DNA of 52,064 bases. Source: a virus (lineage: Duplodnaviria > Caudoviricetes). The position numbers and the translations under genes were made by a program. Positions 1 through 9,552 of this stretch are shown here, piece after piece (the stretch's first letter is position 1; each line of letters starts with the position of its first letter). The notes under the pieces were generated by a model. It ran no database searches. It was given only the letters and a program-made list of their open reading frames with translations, and had not been told where the DNA came from. The DNA lies in the IMG/VR virus record IMGVR_UViG_3300030330_006571, positions 1-52,064 of that record; one strand, written 5' to 3'.

Positions 1-1
1 T

Positions 2-109
2 TCTGATAAGCGCAATAAAAAGACCGAAGTTAAGAATCGGTCTTTCAAAGAAAAGTACAAACCTAAGACACACTGGCAGTTAGAAGAGCTTAGACGTTAC
101 GGCCTTTAG
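2..109 (+). CDS. 3' end of a hypothetical protein (partial, enters from the left edge)
   Basis: Open frame SDKRNKKTEVKNRSFKEKYKPKTHWQLEELRRYGL* ending TAG at 109, converging on the queC stop; not in the ORF track. Confidence 0.55.
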   Translation, partial: SDKRNKKTEVKNRSFKEKYKPKTHWQLEELRRYGL

Positions 110-861
110 GCGCACTCTTTGCAATTATTTTCTTCGTACAGCTTATCCAGCTTTTCTTGTTGGATATAAGTGATAGGGTCTTTTAGACCAGCATCTACAA
201 ACCCCTTAACTCTCATACTACTTGACGGTGTTGTAGCATCTGCTAGTTTATCTTTTCTATCTGAATAACAAGTCCAAGTATCTTTAAACTTAACACCGAG
301 TCTAGCACCCTCTTTAATAATTTCAGCTTTAGACATTTCAAGTAACGGAGCTTCAATTACAATTCTATTCTCTCTATTAAGATCGGTAACGTTATTAACT
401 ACATCTACAAACTCTTCACTACCATCCCAGTAACCAGCTAAGGAATCTACCTGAGCAGCACCATACCAAACAGTATCAGCACCAACACTTTCAGCATACG
501 AAGAGCAAATAGATAAGAACATTAAGTTTCGAAACGGTACATATGATACAGGTTGCGCATCACCAGCCATTTCGCTAATATTAGGATTATCAATATCTGT
601 ATTAGTTAGAGATGATGTTGGAGCAATATCTTTAATATACTTAACGTCTAAAACTTTATTAGTTACTGTTAAATTAAACCAACCGTTAAACAACTTGTTA
701 AAGTTTTCAATTTGTTTTTTAACACAAGCTAATTCTCGTTTATGCCTTTGCCCGTAGTCAAAGGTTACCGTATGTATTTCTTCATAGCCTTGATCTTGTG
801 CCATATACAATAGCACAGACGAGTCCATTCCACCACTAAGAGTTAGTACTAGCTTCTTCAT
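106..861 (-). CDS. queC: 7-cyano-7-deazaguanine (preQ0) synthase
   Basis: PP-loop LSGGMDS, FDYGQRH, YVPFRN, APLL..SKAEI, TWTCY; the C-terminal Zn-binding cysteines are replaced. Confidence 0.93.
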   Translation of the reverse strand: MKKLVLTLSGGMDSSVLLYMAQDQGYEEIHTVTFDYGQRHKRELACVKKQIENFNKLFNGWFNLTVTNKVLDVKYIKDIAPTSSLTNTDIDNPNISEMAGDAQPVSYVPFRNLMFLSICSSYAESVGADTVWYGAAQVDSLAGYWDGSEEFVDVVNNVTDLNRENRIVIEAPLLEMSKAEIIKEGARLGVKFKDTWTCYSDRKDKLADATTPSSSMRVKGFVDAGLKDPITYIQQEKLDKLYEENNCKECA

Positions 862-1960
862 TAATTAAATCTTCCAATTCAAGTTCTTCTGGTGCTTCTT
901 CTTCTTTATTACTGTAGGACCATTCACTTTTAATGCGCTCTTCAACTTTAGGTAGTATCGTTTCTTCCCAAAGCTTTTCATCCTTACGCCAATTTTTATA
1001 ATAACCTAGTTTAGTACCATCTTCAAGCTGATAAGTTGCTCCAGTTTGTACAACAGCACCAACACCTACAGCTAAATCAACTAAACCGTAGTAACGATCA
1101 AGACCAGAGGAGAATGACAGGTAGATTTCACCTTCAAGATACTGTTTGATAAATCGATTCTTTCGAGTTAGAGCTCGAATAATAATTCCGGAGTATTTTT
1201 TCTGACCTACAGCAAGTTCTCCGTCAACAGTCTTACCGCCATCCGATTTCATTGGCTTACGAGCTAGTTGAACGGTTACTGATGGAAGATACACACATGA
1301 CTTACCACCAGGCATATTCTTTTCAATAGAAGGAAACAGAGCAGTAGGATCATCATAAACATGGTTTGTACAAAGAATAGTAGTTTGAGTTACTGACCCA
1401 AGATTCGTACAAGTTTGCATTAATGTCTTCATTGCACGTGCTTTTGTACCCATGTCTGATGAAGTACTATCTTTACTCATACGTGAAAGTTCCAATTCAG
1501 ATTGTAAATTAGCTAATGAGTCGATAGCTACAATAAACTTACCCTCGAGTCCTTTCTCTCTAACTGCCATTAGGAACTTATACAGTGAATTACGTGCTTG
1601 TTCAATGCTTGTACAAGGAACATATTTTACTTTGCTGATATCAAGCCCTAATCTTTCAGCACCTTCAGGGTCGATAGCATTTTCGGTATCAAAAATAACA
1701 GGCGTTAACCCTTCTTGTTGAGCTTTAGCTAAAATTTTCTGCACAAACAACGACTTACCCGTCATTGATTCACCGGCAAGCATTGTTACTCTGCCCTTAG
1801 GTATACCTCCATGAATAGAGCCAGAAATAATTGCATTAAGCACATACGAACCAGTATCAATCCACTCACCAACATGGCTAAGTGTATTATTATCTAAATA
1901 AGTTGCGAAAGGGTTTACTTTATCAATAGCATCGAGCGCACTAGTAATATCTTTATCCAT
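836..1960 (-). CDS. uvsX: RecA-like recombinase UvsX
   Basis: IDTGSYVLN, GIPKGR, Walker A GESMTGKS, FDTENAID, IDSL, NHVY, PGG. Confidence 0.92.
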   Translation of the reverse strand: MDKDITSALDAIDKVNPFATYLDNNTLSHVGEWIDTGSYVLNAIISGSIHGGIPKGRVTMLAGESMTGKSLFVQKILAKAQQEGLTPVIFDTENAIDPEGAERLGLDISKVKYVPCTSIEQARNSLYKFLMAVREKGLEGKFIVAIDSLANLQSELELSRMSKDSTSSDMGTKARAMKTLMQTCTNLGSVTQTTILCTNHVYDDPTALFPSIEKNMPGGKSCVYLPSVTVQLARKPMKSDGGKTVDGELAVGQKKYSGIIIRALTRKNRFIKQYLEGEIYLSFSSGLDRYYGLVDLAVGVGAVVQTGATYQLEDGTKLGYYKNWRKDEKLWEETILPKVEERIKSEWSYSNKEEEAPEELELEDLINEEASTNS

Positions 1961-1967
1961 ATATAAG

Positions 1968-1995
1968 ATTATATTTTCTTATATATGTTTTTCAA
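1968..1995 (-). promoter_or_regulatory. Sigma70-like early/middle promoter for uvsX
   Basis: Minus strand TTGAAA-N16-TATAAT followed by 7 nt to the ATG. Confidence 0.6.
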
Positions 1996-2286
1996 CTGCT
2001 TTATTTGTTCCAAAAGGTGCAGGACATTGGTACCGCGAATCATTTTCGTTTGTATAGTCATGGGATAATTAAGTTCTGTATCAATTCGTATACCTTGTAC
2101 GTCACATTCCGGGGTAACCATGTCGTCTACATAATCATATAACCCAAGACTTTTAAGATTTTTATAATGGTAATCAATTAATGGTTTGGTTGTCTCTACA
2201 ACAACATTTGACTCTGCCATCATTGTTAAGTACCTAAAGTATAGCCCTTCATTGGTGGTTAGATCAGCTACAACTATTAAGTTCAC
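1969..2286 (-). CDS. Hypothetical protein
   Basis: 105-aa ORF with GTG start, preceded by GTAAATA-N5; co-oriented with neighbours. Confidence 0.7.
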   Translation of the reverse strand: MNLIVVADLTTNEGLYFRYLTMMAESNVVVETTKPLIDYHYKNLKSLGLYDYVDDMVTPECDVQGIRIDTELNYPMTIQTKMIRGTNVLHLLEQIKQLKNIYKKI

Positions 2287-2300
2287 ATAATTATTTACAT

Positions 2301-2325
2301 AAAAAAAGCCCCTTTCGGGGCTTTT
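2301..2325 (-). terminator. Rho-independent terminator (possibly bidirectional)
   Basis: Minus strand AAAAGCCCC-GAAA-GGGGCTTTTTTT: GC stem, GAAA tetraloop, U7 tail. Confidence 0.9.
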
Positions 2326-2330
2326 AAAAG

Positions 2331-2501
2331 GGTGGGTGAGAGGATTTTCTGGTTACCTCCAACTTTTGGTTAGGCAAGATGCAGTTTCATCTTTTAAACC
2401 TACTTGTGCCCCGCATTATACACTTAATAGTCAGTCGACCCTCCATGTAAGTCAGCAGTCCCTTTAACACTCTTGCTTAAAATGTTTATTCAGGCACACC
2501 C
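2331..2501 (-). ncRNA. Candidate structured non-coding RNA (~170 nt), family not recognised
   Basis: GC-richer ORF-free gap with nested stems GGGTG/CACCC, TGCC/GGCA, AGCA/TGCT, ACTTA/TAAGT, TAGG/CCTA enclosing AAGATG/CATCTT, GAGG/CCTC; directly followed by a terminator. Confidence 0.55.
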
Positions 2502-2530
2502 GGGTTGGGCTAGCTAGGCCCATTTAATTG

Positions 2531-2941
2531 TTAAACTTTATATGTTTTGATATATTCTTCTTTCTTCCTACGAGGTACATCTACCTCAAGGACTCCATTG
2601 ACATAAGAGAAGTTAATCTTATTGAGATCAAACTCTCTTCCAACTGAGAACGACCTATTGTAGGTTTGTTCCTTTTCCCCGTCATGGGCTTTTACTTTAC
2701 GCTTAGCCTTAATGTAGACTTCACGTTGATCTGTGTCTGTAGAAAGATCTAAATTATCTTTCGCGACTCCTGGTAGATCAATTTGTACACTTAGTGTATC
2801 TTCGTCCGATGAAAAGCGAACTTGATCTCCAGTTTTATATACTTCTTCCAGCTGGTGGAAGACCGGTGTCAGATTGAAAAAGCCATCAAAGGCTCTTTCG
2901 ATTTCTGCAATTGGGTTGTGTGTGTATTTAGTTAGTTTCAT
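2531..2941 (-). CDS. hsp20: Small heat-shock protein (Hsp20/alpha-crystallin)
   Basis: IDLPGV, YNRSFSV, YVNGVLEVDVPR motifs; 136 aa. Confidence 0.88.
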   Translation of the reverse strand: MKLTKYTHNPIAEIERAFDGFFNLTPVFHQLEEVYKTGDQVRFSSDEDTLSVQIDLPGVAKDNLDLSTDTDQREVYIKAKRKVKAHDGEKEQTYNRSFSVGREFDLNKINFSYVNGVLEVDVPRRKKEEYIKTYKV

Positions 2942-2949
2942 AGTAAAAT

Positions 2950-2957
2950 TATTTATA
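2950..2957 (-). promoter_or_regulatory. T4-type late promoter TATAAATA
   Basis: Exact T4 gp55 consensus 8 nt upstream of the hsp20 ATG. Confidence 0.7.
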
Positions 2958-2973
2958 ACACTGATTCTATAAT

Positions 2974-3156
2974 CTACTGAGTATCCTCAGGATTTTTTGC
3001 AGCTCTCTTCTTAGCTCTTTCAACTTCAGAAAGAGTAAAAAGTAAAGGCGCTTGATTATATCCTTTGACTAAGAGATACTCTGCGCTCTCTGTCTTAAAT
3101 TTTGGGTTAGTATTTTTTACGTACTTAACCACGTCCTTTTTGCGAAAGAAAAACAT
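2974..3156 (-). CDS. Small hypothetical protein
   Basis: 60-aa ORF filling the gap between co-oriented genes; GTAAATA 4 nt upstream. Confidence 0.6.
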   Translation of the reverse strand: MFFFRKKDVVKYVKNTNPKFKTESAEYLLVKGYNQAPLLFTLSEVERAKKRAAKNPEDTQ

Positions 3157-3159
3157 ACT

Positions 3160-3552
3160 TTATTTACTTGTCACCAACTCAGGCTCTTCTTCATCATCAA
3201 AAAGCTTAATGACCTCTGGTTCTTCACCAGTTCCTTGCTGTGGTTCCTGAATAGGTGGTTTAGGGTTATTAATATTTTCGTACTGGGTAATAATACGCTC
3301 ATCAAGATCAACATCGGAAACACTGATCGAACTTTTGTCAAATGTCCAATTGTTTTTATCCTTGTCTTTCAAAAATTCCATAAAGATATATGGGAATGAT
3401 TGTACTTGTAATTGCCCGGTTTGTTGATCAGGTTGAACATGAATAATTACGGGATTAAAAAGTGTAAGAGAGCTTTTAGTCTCTGCTGTTACCTTACCCA
3501 CAACAGTTCGGCCAATGTGATCGACGATAGTCTTAATTTCTTTGTCTGCCAT
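3160..3552 (-). CDS. Hypothetical protein, possibly Sm-like fold
   Basis: Beta-rich N-terminus (GRTVVGKV..LTLFNPV) and acidic tail; position near hsp20/gp43 resembles small Sm-like genes of marine T4-like phages (inference). Confidence 0.6.
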   Translation of the reverse strand: MADKEIKTIVDHIGRTVVGKVTAETKSSLTLFNPVIIHVQPDQQTGQLQVQSFPYIFMEFLKDKDKNNWTFDKSSISVSDVDLDERIITQYENINNPKPPIQEPQQGTGEEPEVIKLFDDEEEPELVTSK

Positions 3553-3585
3553 ATTATTATATTAGTTAAAAATTTAAAATTGCAA

Positions 3586-3897
3586 CTACTGAAATCTTAA
3601 AGAATCTGCTATTTTGTGGGCCTCGTTAAGCGCCTCTTTAGCTGGTTTCGAAAGATATGTAGATTTGTCTGAAGCATGATCTAAAGCTTCTCTCATAACA
3701 AAAATTGATCTTCGAATTTTTTCGATTTCTGGAGAATTAATGGTTCCTGTACCGTTATCTTCTCCTGTAATTACCTTTTTAAGAATCGCTAAGGTTTCCA
3801 AAATACCTCGAATTTTACCTCTATTAAAAGCAGGGTGAGCATTTTTAGTATTATCGTCTTCAGGTCTGTCTGTGTATCCACCGGGTTGTAATGCCAT
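3586..3897 (-). CDS. Hypothetical protein
   Basis: 103-aa ORF; CATAAATA-N5-ATG upstream. Confidence 0.7.
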   Translation of the reverse strand: MALQPGGYTDRPEDDNTKNAHPAFNRGKIRGILETLAILKKVITGEDNGTGTINSPEIEKIRRSIFVMREALDHASDKSTYLSKPAKEALNEAHKIADSLRFQ

Positions 3898-3905
3898 GAG
3901 TCTAT

Positions 3906-6479
3906 TTATGTGAATAGGTCAAATAATTCAACTTGTACATTTTCAGCAGGTTTACGAATATTCCAACCTACACAATCGTAAAATCTCTCAATGCCTTGAA
4001 ACAAGATCTTTTCAAACATTTTATCATAATCAATTTTAAAGGTATCTCTAAATTCTGCAGGGTAGTCGTACTTAAACCCTATACTATCTAACCCATACTT
4101 ATTAGGTCGCTCCACATACATATACCTAACCTTGTCACCAGATCCTAATGACTCGTATTTGTTTCCTGTACTCAACTTATCAAGAAGCAAATTATAAAAG
4201 TATGCAGATTTTACATGTATAGGCATACTCTTAACAGTTGTAAACTCATTACAAGCAACAGCATATTTCTCATACCCCTTAACACCCATTACAAATGCAA
4301 GTTCTTCAGGTTTTAGTTCCTTAAAAATATCATATGTTTCATTAAGTACCTTATTTGTCTCTGTTAAAGACTGCGTACTTAGCATAGTTTCAATTATTTT
4401 TTTAGCATAAGGTTTAATTGCATTCGGCATAGTTGTACGTACTACCTCTACACCTGTATACTTAAACTTATTTTCCTTAATACCTTCGTCATCGAGAATA
4501 TGCATTACATATCTCTTCTTTTGCAAGAAGACACCAACATCAGCTATACATTCTCGCTTAAACACAAATCGACTATCTTTTGATAAAAGAGATTTTTTTG
4601 CCCAGTCGTGCACCCCTTCATTTAGATAGTCCTCAATTTCCTGAATCTTATCATGAGTATCTCGATGTACATCATTACCATCTAAAAAGTTTAAGCCCTT
4701 GCTAACAAGAGGAGTAATAGAAACATATGACGAATCCGTATCATTGTATACAATACATTCTTCAAGTTCTTTATCAGAGATATCCGGAACTTCTTGTTTA
4801 ATAAATTCCTTGATAAGCTCATTTGAATATTTAATAACAGCCTGCCCGGTAAGCGTGACTGAAGATGCAATATCATCATCACCAATAGGGGCGTTCTTGT
4901 TACCCATATATCCATAACACGAATTAATCAAAATCTTGATAACCATCTGCGAGGTGTTTAGCCTTTCTACTTCATACTTCGCATCTGTATGCTCCTTCGA
5001 TCCTTTCTTGAGCTTTTTAAGCTTGGTTTTAGCTTTAAAGAGATCCTTTTTAATCTTTACACGTTGATTGTAATAATGCTCTAAAAACTCAGGTATAATA
5101 CCTTTCTTCTTTTGTGTAAATAAGAACCCAGCCTTAGATAAGGCACACTCTTCCTCCTTTAGAAACTTTACAAACGAAGGTTTGTCGAGTTCAAATACCT
5201 TACCCGATACGTGTTGTATAATAACCTTATCGTCAGTACTCTTTTCAACTTTACCTACTTTAGTTTCTGGTGATGTATTCAAAGATATCATCACATTAGG
5301 GTATAGAGAATTAGCATCAAAAGATACTACATGATTTTTAAACCCTTGTTTAGGTTCAGCGACATACGCACCCGGGTTCTTACCGGTATCAGCATTACGT
5401 AAAAATGTAGCAATCACTTCACCTCGGCGCCTTGCTTTGATACAAAGTGCACCATTAATTACTTGAATAGTTCCCATTGCACCTTCAAGTGTAGTTAAAC
5501 CAACATACGAAAGCATTCTTAATAAAGGAACATACTGCAATTTTTCTTCTAACCGAACAAGCAAATTAACGTCCTGAATGTTATAGTCAATAAACGTATC
5601 CCAATCTTCATCAGATAGAGTTGCAAGGTTTGTATCACCATAATCAATCTTTCGTTGACCAAGCTCAACTTCACCAATTGCATCAAGCTTATATGACTCG
5701 CGAAGCTTTAAGCAAAACCGTTTATATACATCAAGATAGTCTAAGCAAGCGACACCGTCTATATAGTATCTTTTAAGATCTCTACCAAATTTACCTTTTA
5801 CAGTTCTAAAGTGTACTCTGCCTAAAGGAGATAATCTATCAACATAGTCTTGACCAAGTATACGCTCGATACGGTTAATGATATACGGAATATCAAAAAA
5901 CTCAGAGTTCCAACCACTTAATATATCCGGGTAATCACTCTCAAGATACTCAATGAACCGTATAAACATTTCCCGTTCATCTTTACAATGAACGTAATTT
6001 AAGTTATCAGCGCCTTTACCGTTATACGGCTTAATGCCAAATGTATGAAACTTCTTACTAAAGTTATCATAACAAGTTATAACGTTTACTATATGAGTAG
6101 GATCTTCAGGATCAGGAAATGAATCCGGAGAGTATGTCTCAATATCAAGTAAGCACGTTTTAAGCGGGTGAGTACTAAATTCAGGTTCCTCATTTTGCTC
6201 CCAGTATAAATCCAATAAAAACTGCTGCGCCGGTGGCATGTTTTCAAATACACGCTTAACGTTTGATTCTCTTACAAATCGTGATCTATCGTAACTAGTA
6301 TTAAACTTACGTTTTTTGACCTTTGTACCGTAAATTGATGTCTTTTCACCTGCGCCGCTTTCTAGATAAAGATATGGTTCAAAAGAACATTCATGCATTA
6401 CCCGTTTACCATCCGTATCCCAGGTAAACAAATTAACACAACGGTTTCTACCGTTATAAACAACATTCCTATATGACAT
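3906..6479 (-). CDS. gp43: Family B DNA polymerase (T4 gp43-like)
   Basis: Exonuclease motifs DIET, GWNSEFFDIPY, YNIQD; polymerase motifs SFDANSLYP, KILINSCYG, YNDTDS, KKRY; C-terminal clamp-binding-like LFDLF. Confidence 0.97.
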   Translation of the reverse strand: MSYRNVVYNGRNRCVNLFTWDTDGKRVMHECSFEPYLYLESGAGEKTSIYGTKVKKRKFNTSYDRSRFVRESNVKRVFENMPPAQQFLLDLYWEQNEEPEFSTHPLKTCLLDIETYSPDSFPDPEDPTHIVNVITCYDNFSKKFHTFGIKPYNGKGADNLNYVHCKDEREMFIRFIEYLESDYPDILSGWNSEFFDIPYIINRIERILGQDYVDRLSPLGRVHFRTVKGKFGRDLKRYYIDGVACLDYLDVYKRFCLKLRESYKLDAIGEVELGQRKIDYGDTNLATLSDEDWDTFIDYNIQDVNLLVRLEEKLQYVPLLRMLSYVGLTTLEGAMGTIQVINGALCIKARRRGEVIATFLRNADTGKNPGAYVAEPKQGFKNHVVSFDANSLYPNVMISLNTSPETKVGKVEKSTDDKVIIQHVSGKVFELDKPSFVKFLKEEECALSKAGFLFTQKKKGIIPEFLEHYYNQRVKIKKDLFKAKTKLKKLKKGSKEHTDAKYEVERLNTSQMVIKILINSCYGYMGNKNAPIGDDDIASSVTLTGQAVIKYSNELIKEFIKQEVPDISDKELEECIVYNDTDSSYVSITPLVSKGLNFLDGNDVHRDTHDKIQEIEDYLNEGVHDWAKKSLLSKDSRFVFKRECIADVGVFLQKKRYVMHILDDEGIKENKFKYTGVEVVRTTMPNAIKPYAKKIIETMLSTQSLTETNKVLNETYDIFKELKPEELAFVMGVKGYEKYAVACNEFTTVKSMPIHVKSAYFYNLLLDKLSTGNKYESLGSGDKVRYMYVERPNKYGLDSIGFKYDYPAEFRDTFKIDYDKMFEKILFQGIERFYDCVGWNIRKPAENVQVELFDLFT

Positions 6480-6506
6480 CTACTATATTATAGTATATAG
6501 TAGTTC

Positions 6507-7736
6507 CTAATTCCACCTCTTTAAATGAACTCTCTCGTCACTACCCCACGGGGTATTAAGACTTTCAGTATAAGCACGTATATTTTCGTCTTTTTCTAAG
6601 AGCCTTCTTTCGCCGATACTCCTTAACTTACGAATATTATTATAATAAGAACTCTTATTCTTAAAAGCTAAAATTTTATTAATTTTATCTTCAAATTCAT
6701 CTACAGTAGAGAATTTTAAGGTATCTGGTGCAGAGTTATACGTTTCCATATCTTGACATAAGCATGGAATTCCTAAAGTACACGCTTCAATAAATTTAAT
6801 ATCAGATTTAGATTTATTGAAGTCGTTTACCTGGAGCGGTGCCACCATTAATTGAGCGTCTAGACTTGCAATTAAGTATGGGTATCTAATAAGCGTCTCC
6901 CATGGGTAAAATTCAATCTCTCTCTGTTGAACAAGATCAACCAACTGAGGAGGAAATGCTCCGACAAATACCCATTGATATTTTTTAATAGTTTTTCTAA
7001 TAAAGTCTCTTACATGCGACATGTCATCATTACCGCCTACTTTATTATCTACATCATAATGAGCTCCTGAACCTGTATATAAAATTCTAGGTCGGTTTTT
7101 ATGTTTCTTAAATGCGCGTTCTACTTTACGTGGGTTATATAGATGACCCATCCAAAAATTTGGAACAAAATTTGGTATAACAGTAATTTCTTTTTTACCT
7201 GTTTTCTCCGTATACAACCTCTTCATGAATTCACAGGTAACTGTAACTTCATCAACCATATTAATAATATCAACGCAGTTTTGACGAACTTCTTCTGTAT
7301 CGAAGGCAAATTTAAATTTATTATAATCTGGAATCACCTCCCTGAATACAACATCATCAACTTCATATATAATTTTAAAACCGTGATCTTGTTGTACTTG
7401 TTTAAGAAACTTAATAAATTCTTTTTGTTGTGATGAGGCTTGGCGCTGTACCTTTACTGTTTTAACACCCGTGTACCATCTCGGATCAACCACCATTGCT
7501 GTAGTTGATTGTGACATTCCTTCACCTCTAGCGTTAATAACCGATTCAGGCCATAAGATACGCCAGTGACCGCAACCCGAATAATCTGCTAAGTAGTTTA
7601 CATATCTCGGTAGTGATGCTTCTTTAGGTTTAAGCTGGTCAGTTGGCGGCGCCTGTGGTATTTGTTTAGGAACTCCGGGGAGACCTACTACCGGGGCAGT
7701 AAATGGCTGTGGAAATGGATTGGCGCCTAGCATCAT
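6507..7736 (-). CDS. Putative GT-B glycosyltransferase
   Basis: GCGHWR, YEVDD, VIPNF, APL..NDFNKSKSDIKFIEA..LGIP (GT-B C-terminal signature); Pro-rich N-terminus. Confidence 0.72.
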   Translation of the reverse strand: MMLGANPFPQPFTAPVVGLPGVPKQIPQAPPTDQLKPKEASLPRYVNYLADYSGCGHWRILWPESVINARGEGMSQSTTAMVVDPRWYTGVKTVKVQRQASSQQKEFIKFLKQVQQDHGFKIIYEVDDVVFREVIPDYNKFKFAFDTEEVRQNCVDIINMVDEVTVTCEFMKRLYTEKTGKKEITVIPNFVPNFWMGHLYNPRKVERAFKKHKNRPRILYTGSGAHYDVDNKVGGNDDMSHVRDFIRKTIKKYQWVFVGAFPPQLVDLVQQREIEFYPWETLIRYPYLIASLDAQLMVAPLQVNDFNKSKSDIKFIEACTLGIPCLCQDMETYNSAPDTLKFSTVDEFEDKINKILAFKNKSSYYNNIRKLRSIGERRLLEKDENIRAYTESLNTPWGSDERVHLKRWN

Positions 7737-7746
7737 TATATATAGT

Positions 7747-9552
7747 TTATCGTTCCGTATAATCTACCCGAGTAGTTATACCGTTTTCTTTTTCTAAATA
7801 AATTACATCACCAGTAACTGCTTTAATCGATTCTTTACGGTGAGATATTACTATAGAACACTCATTTAATTCCTCAACTCTATCTTGTAAAATTCGTGTA
7901 ATGAGTTCGATACCCTTCTCGTCAAAAGAAGAATCAAACAGTTCATCATAAATTGCAATATTATACTGTACACCGCCCTGTAGTCTTCTTATATCTGAAA
8001 ATGTAAACAAACAGGCTAAGTCGATAGACTTGCGTTCAGCTCCAGAAAAGTTAAAATATGAACATACTTTATTTTTTTCATTGAGTATTTCTTCTTCAAA
8101 ATATTCATTAAAAATACAAATAGAATTAGAATCTAATCTTTTTAGATACAGTAATAATTTACTATTAAGTAGCTCGAGTAGTTTATTAACAATATACGAT
8201 TTAACACCTTCTTCTGAGACAACATACTTTACAATATCTAATTTAGCTAACTCGTCTCTAAACTTTTTGACCTTCTTTTCAAGTTTATCTACACGTTTTT
8301 TTGTTTCAATAATTAGTAGGTCAAAATCAGTATCTGTCGATTCAATAGCCTCGAGATCGCCTTTTAATTCTTCTTGCCATTTATCCAGCTGTATAATACG
8401 TTGTTCAATATTCTTTTTGTTTTGCTCTTGTAGCCTTGCTTCCGCCACCTTATCTTTACATTGACTTATTGCTCTTAAAAACTTATCCTTTCTTACTCTA
8501 AGTTCCTTTAACCCTTCAGAGTAGTTCTTAATATTATCTATTGCTTCATGAATATACTCTTTAAGATTTTGTTTTTCTTGTACTATTAATTCTTCATCAT
8601 GCTCTTCCATCGGACGGAGACACACTGGGCATTTTTCCTCTTCCGTGCCCATTTTTTTATACCGCTCTTTTCGCTCAGCGGCTAGAGCTTTGTTACGTGC
8701 GACGGCCTCTAAATTAGTTTCAATTCTTATATCTTGATCAGTAACAGCTTCTTCAAGAGAAGATACTTGTTTTTGTATCTTACTAATATCTACTTCTTCG
8801 ACTTCATTAAGTTCTCTTTCAAGTTTCTCTTTTTCTTTGGTATTATCTTTTTGACGACCGAGATATTTTTCTTTCTTTTGTTGTCTTGTTTGAAGAATTC
8901 GTTGTTTTTGCTCTTCATAATTATTATATGCTTTTTGTATCTCCTCCAATTTAGTCAACTGCGTGTCATGTTCACGTGTTATGTCGTTATATTCATTTCT
9001 CAAAGCAGTTAACATTGTACTAAAAATTTCCATTCCGAAAATATCCTCGATAAACTTTCGCTTTTCGATTTTATTTTTAGCCATAAATGGAACTGCATTA
9101 TTTACTGTCATAATAACGCAGTTTTGAAAAATAGACGGGGAAGCACTCAATACACGGCTAATATAGGCTGTAGTATTTTTAATACTATCTCTTGTTCGAT
9201 CAACACCGTCTTTAAAAATAAGAACTTTCGAAGGTGATAGTGTACGTATTATCTTATAATTATTTTTTCCACGAGGTGAATCGAGTTCAAAATCTAACTC
9301 AATGTGTGTTTTACCGTTTGTAAGATTATTAGGTATAAGATCTTTTTTGAGTTCACGTAACGTTTCGCCAAATATAGCAAAATACAAAGCATCTGCTATG
9401 GTACTCTTACCAATAGCGTTTCGTCTATCAGGCTTATCCTTATTTTTACCAGTAATAACATGGAGACCTTTATCAAACTCTATTGTAACAGGGTTCTCTC
9501 CTACAGATAAAAAATTTACTATACTGAGCTTCTTAAAGTTTACTTTTTTCAT
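7747..9552 (-). CDS. gp46: Recombination endonuclease ATPase subunit (gp46/SbcC/Rad50-like)
   Basis: NFLSVG, NAIGKST, coiled coil with CPVC zinc hook, FSGAE signature, YDELFD, ISH; start placed at ATG 9552. Confidence 0.94.
   Translation of the reverse strand: MKKVNFKKLSIVNFLSVGENPVTIEFDKGLHVITGKNKDKPDRRNAIGKSTIADALYFAIFGETLRELKKDLIPNNLTNGKTHIELDFELDSPRGKNNYKIIRTLSPSKVLIFKDGVDRTRDSIKNTTAYISRVLSASPSIFQNCVIMTVNNAVPFMAKNKIEKRKFIEDIFGMEIFSTMLTALRNEYNDITREHDTQLTKLEEIQKAYNNYEEQKQRILQTRQQKKEKYLGRQKDNTKEKEKLERELNEVEEVDISKIQKQVSSLEEAVTDQDIRIETNLEAVARNKALAAERKERYKKMGTEEEKCPVCLRPMEEHDEELIVQEKQNLKEYIHEAIDNIKNYSEGLKELRVRKDKFLRAISQCKDKVAEARLQEQNKKNIEQRIIQLDKWQEELKGDLEAIESTDTDFDLLIIETKKRVDKLEKKVKKFRDELAKLDIVKYVVSEEGVKSYIVNKLLELLNSKLLLYLKRLDSNSICIFNEYFEEEILNEKNKVCSYFNFSGAERKSIDLACLFTFSDIRRLQGGVQYNIAIYDELFDSSFDEKGIELITRILQDRVEELNECSIVISHRKESIKAVTGDVIYLEKENGITTRVDYTER

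Noticed and set aside
2331-2501. Possible tRNA or tmRNA
   Set aside because: No cloverleaf, no TTCRA T-loop, no anticodon arm and no tag ORF; retained only as an unclassified ncRNA candidate.
3906-6479. Intein or intron in the DNA polymerase (also checked helicases and portal)
   Set aside because: Lengths are normal, motifs are contiguous, and no intein splice-junction or LAGLIDADG signatures were seen.
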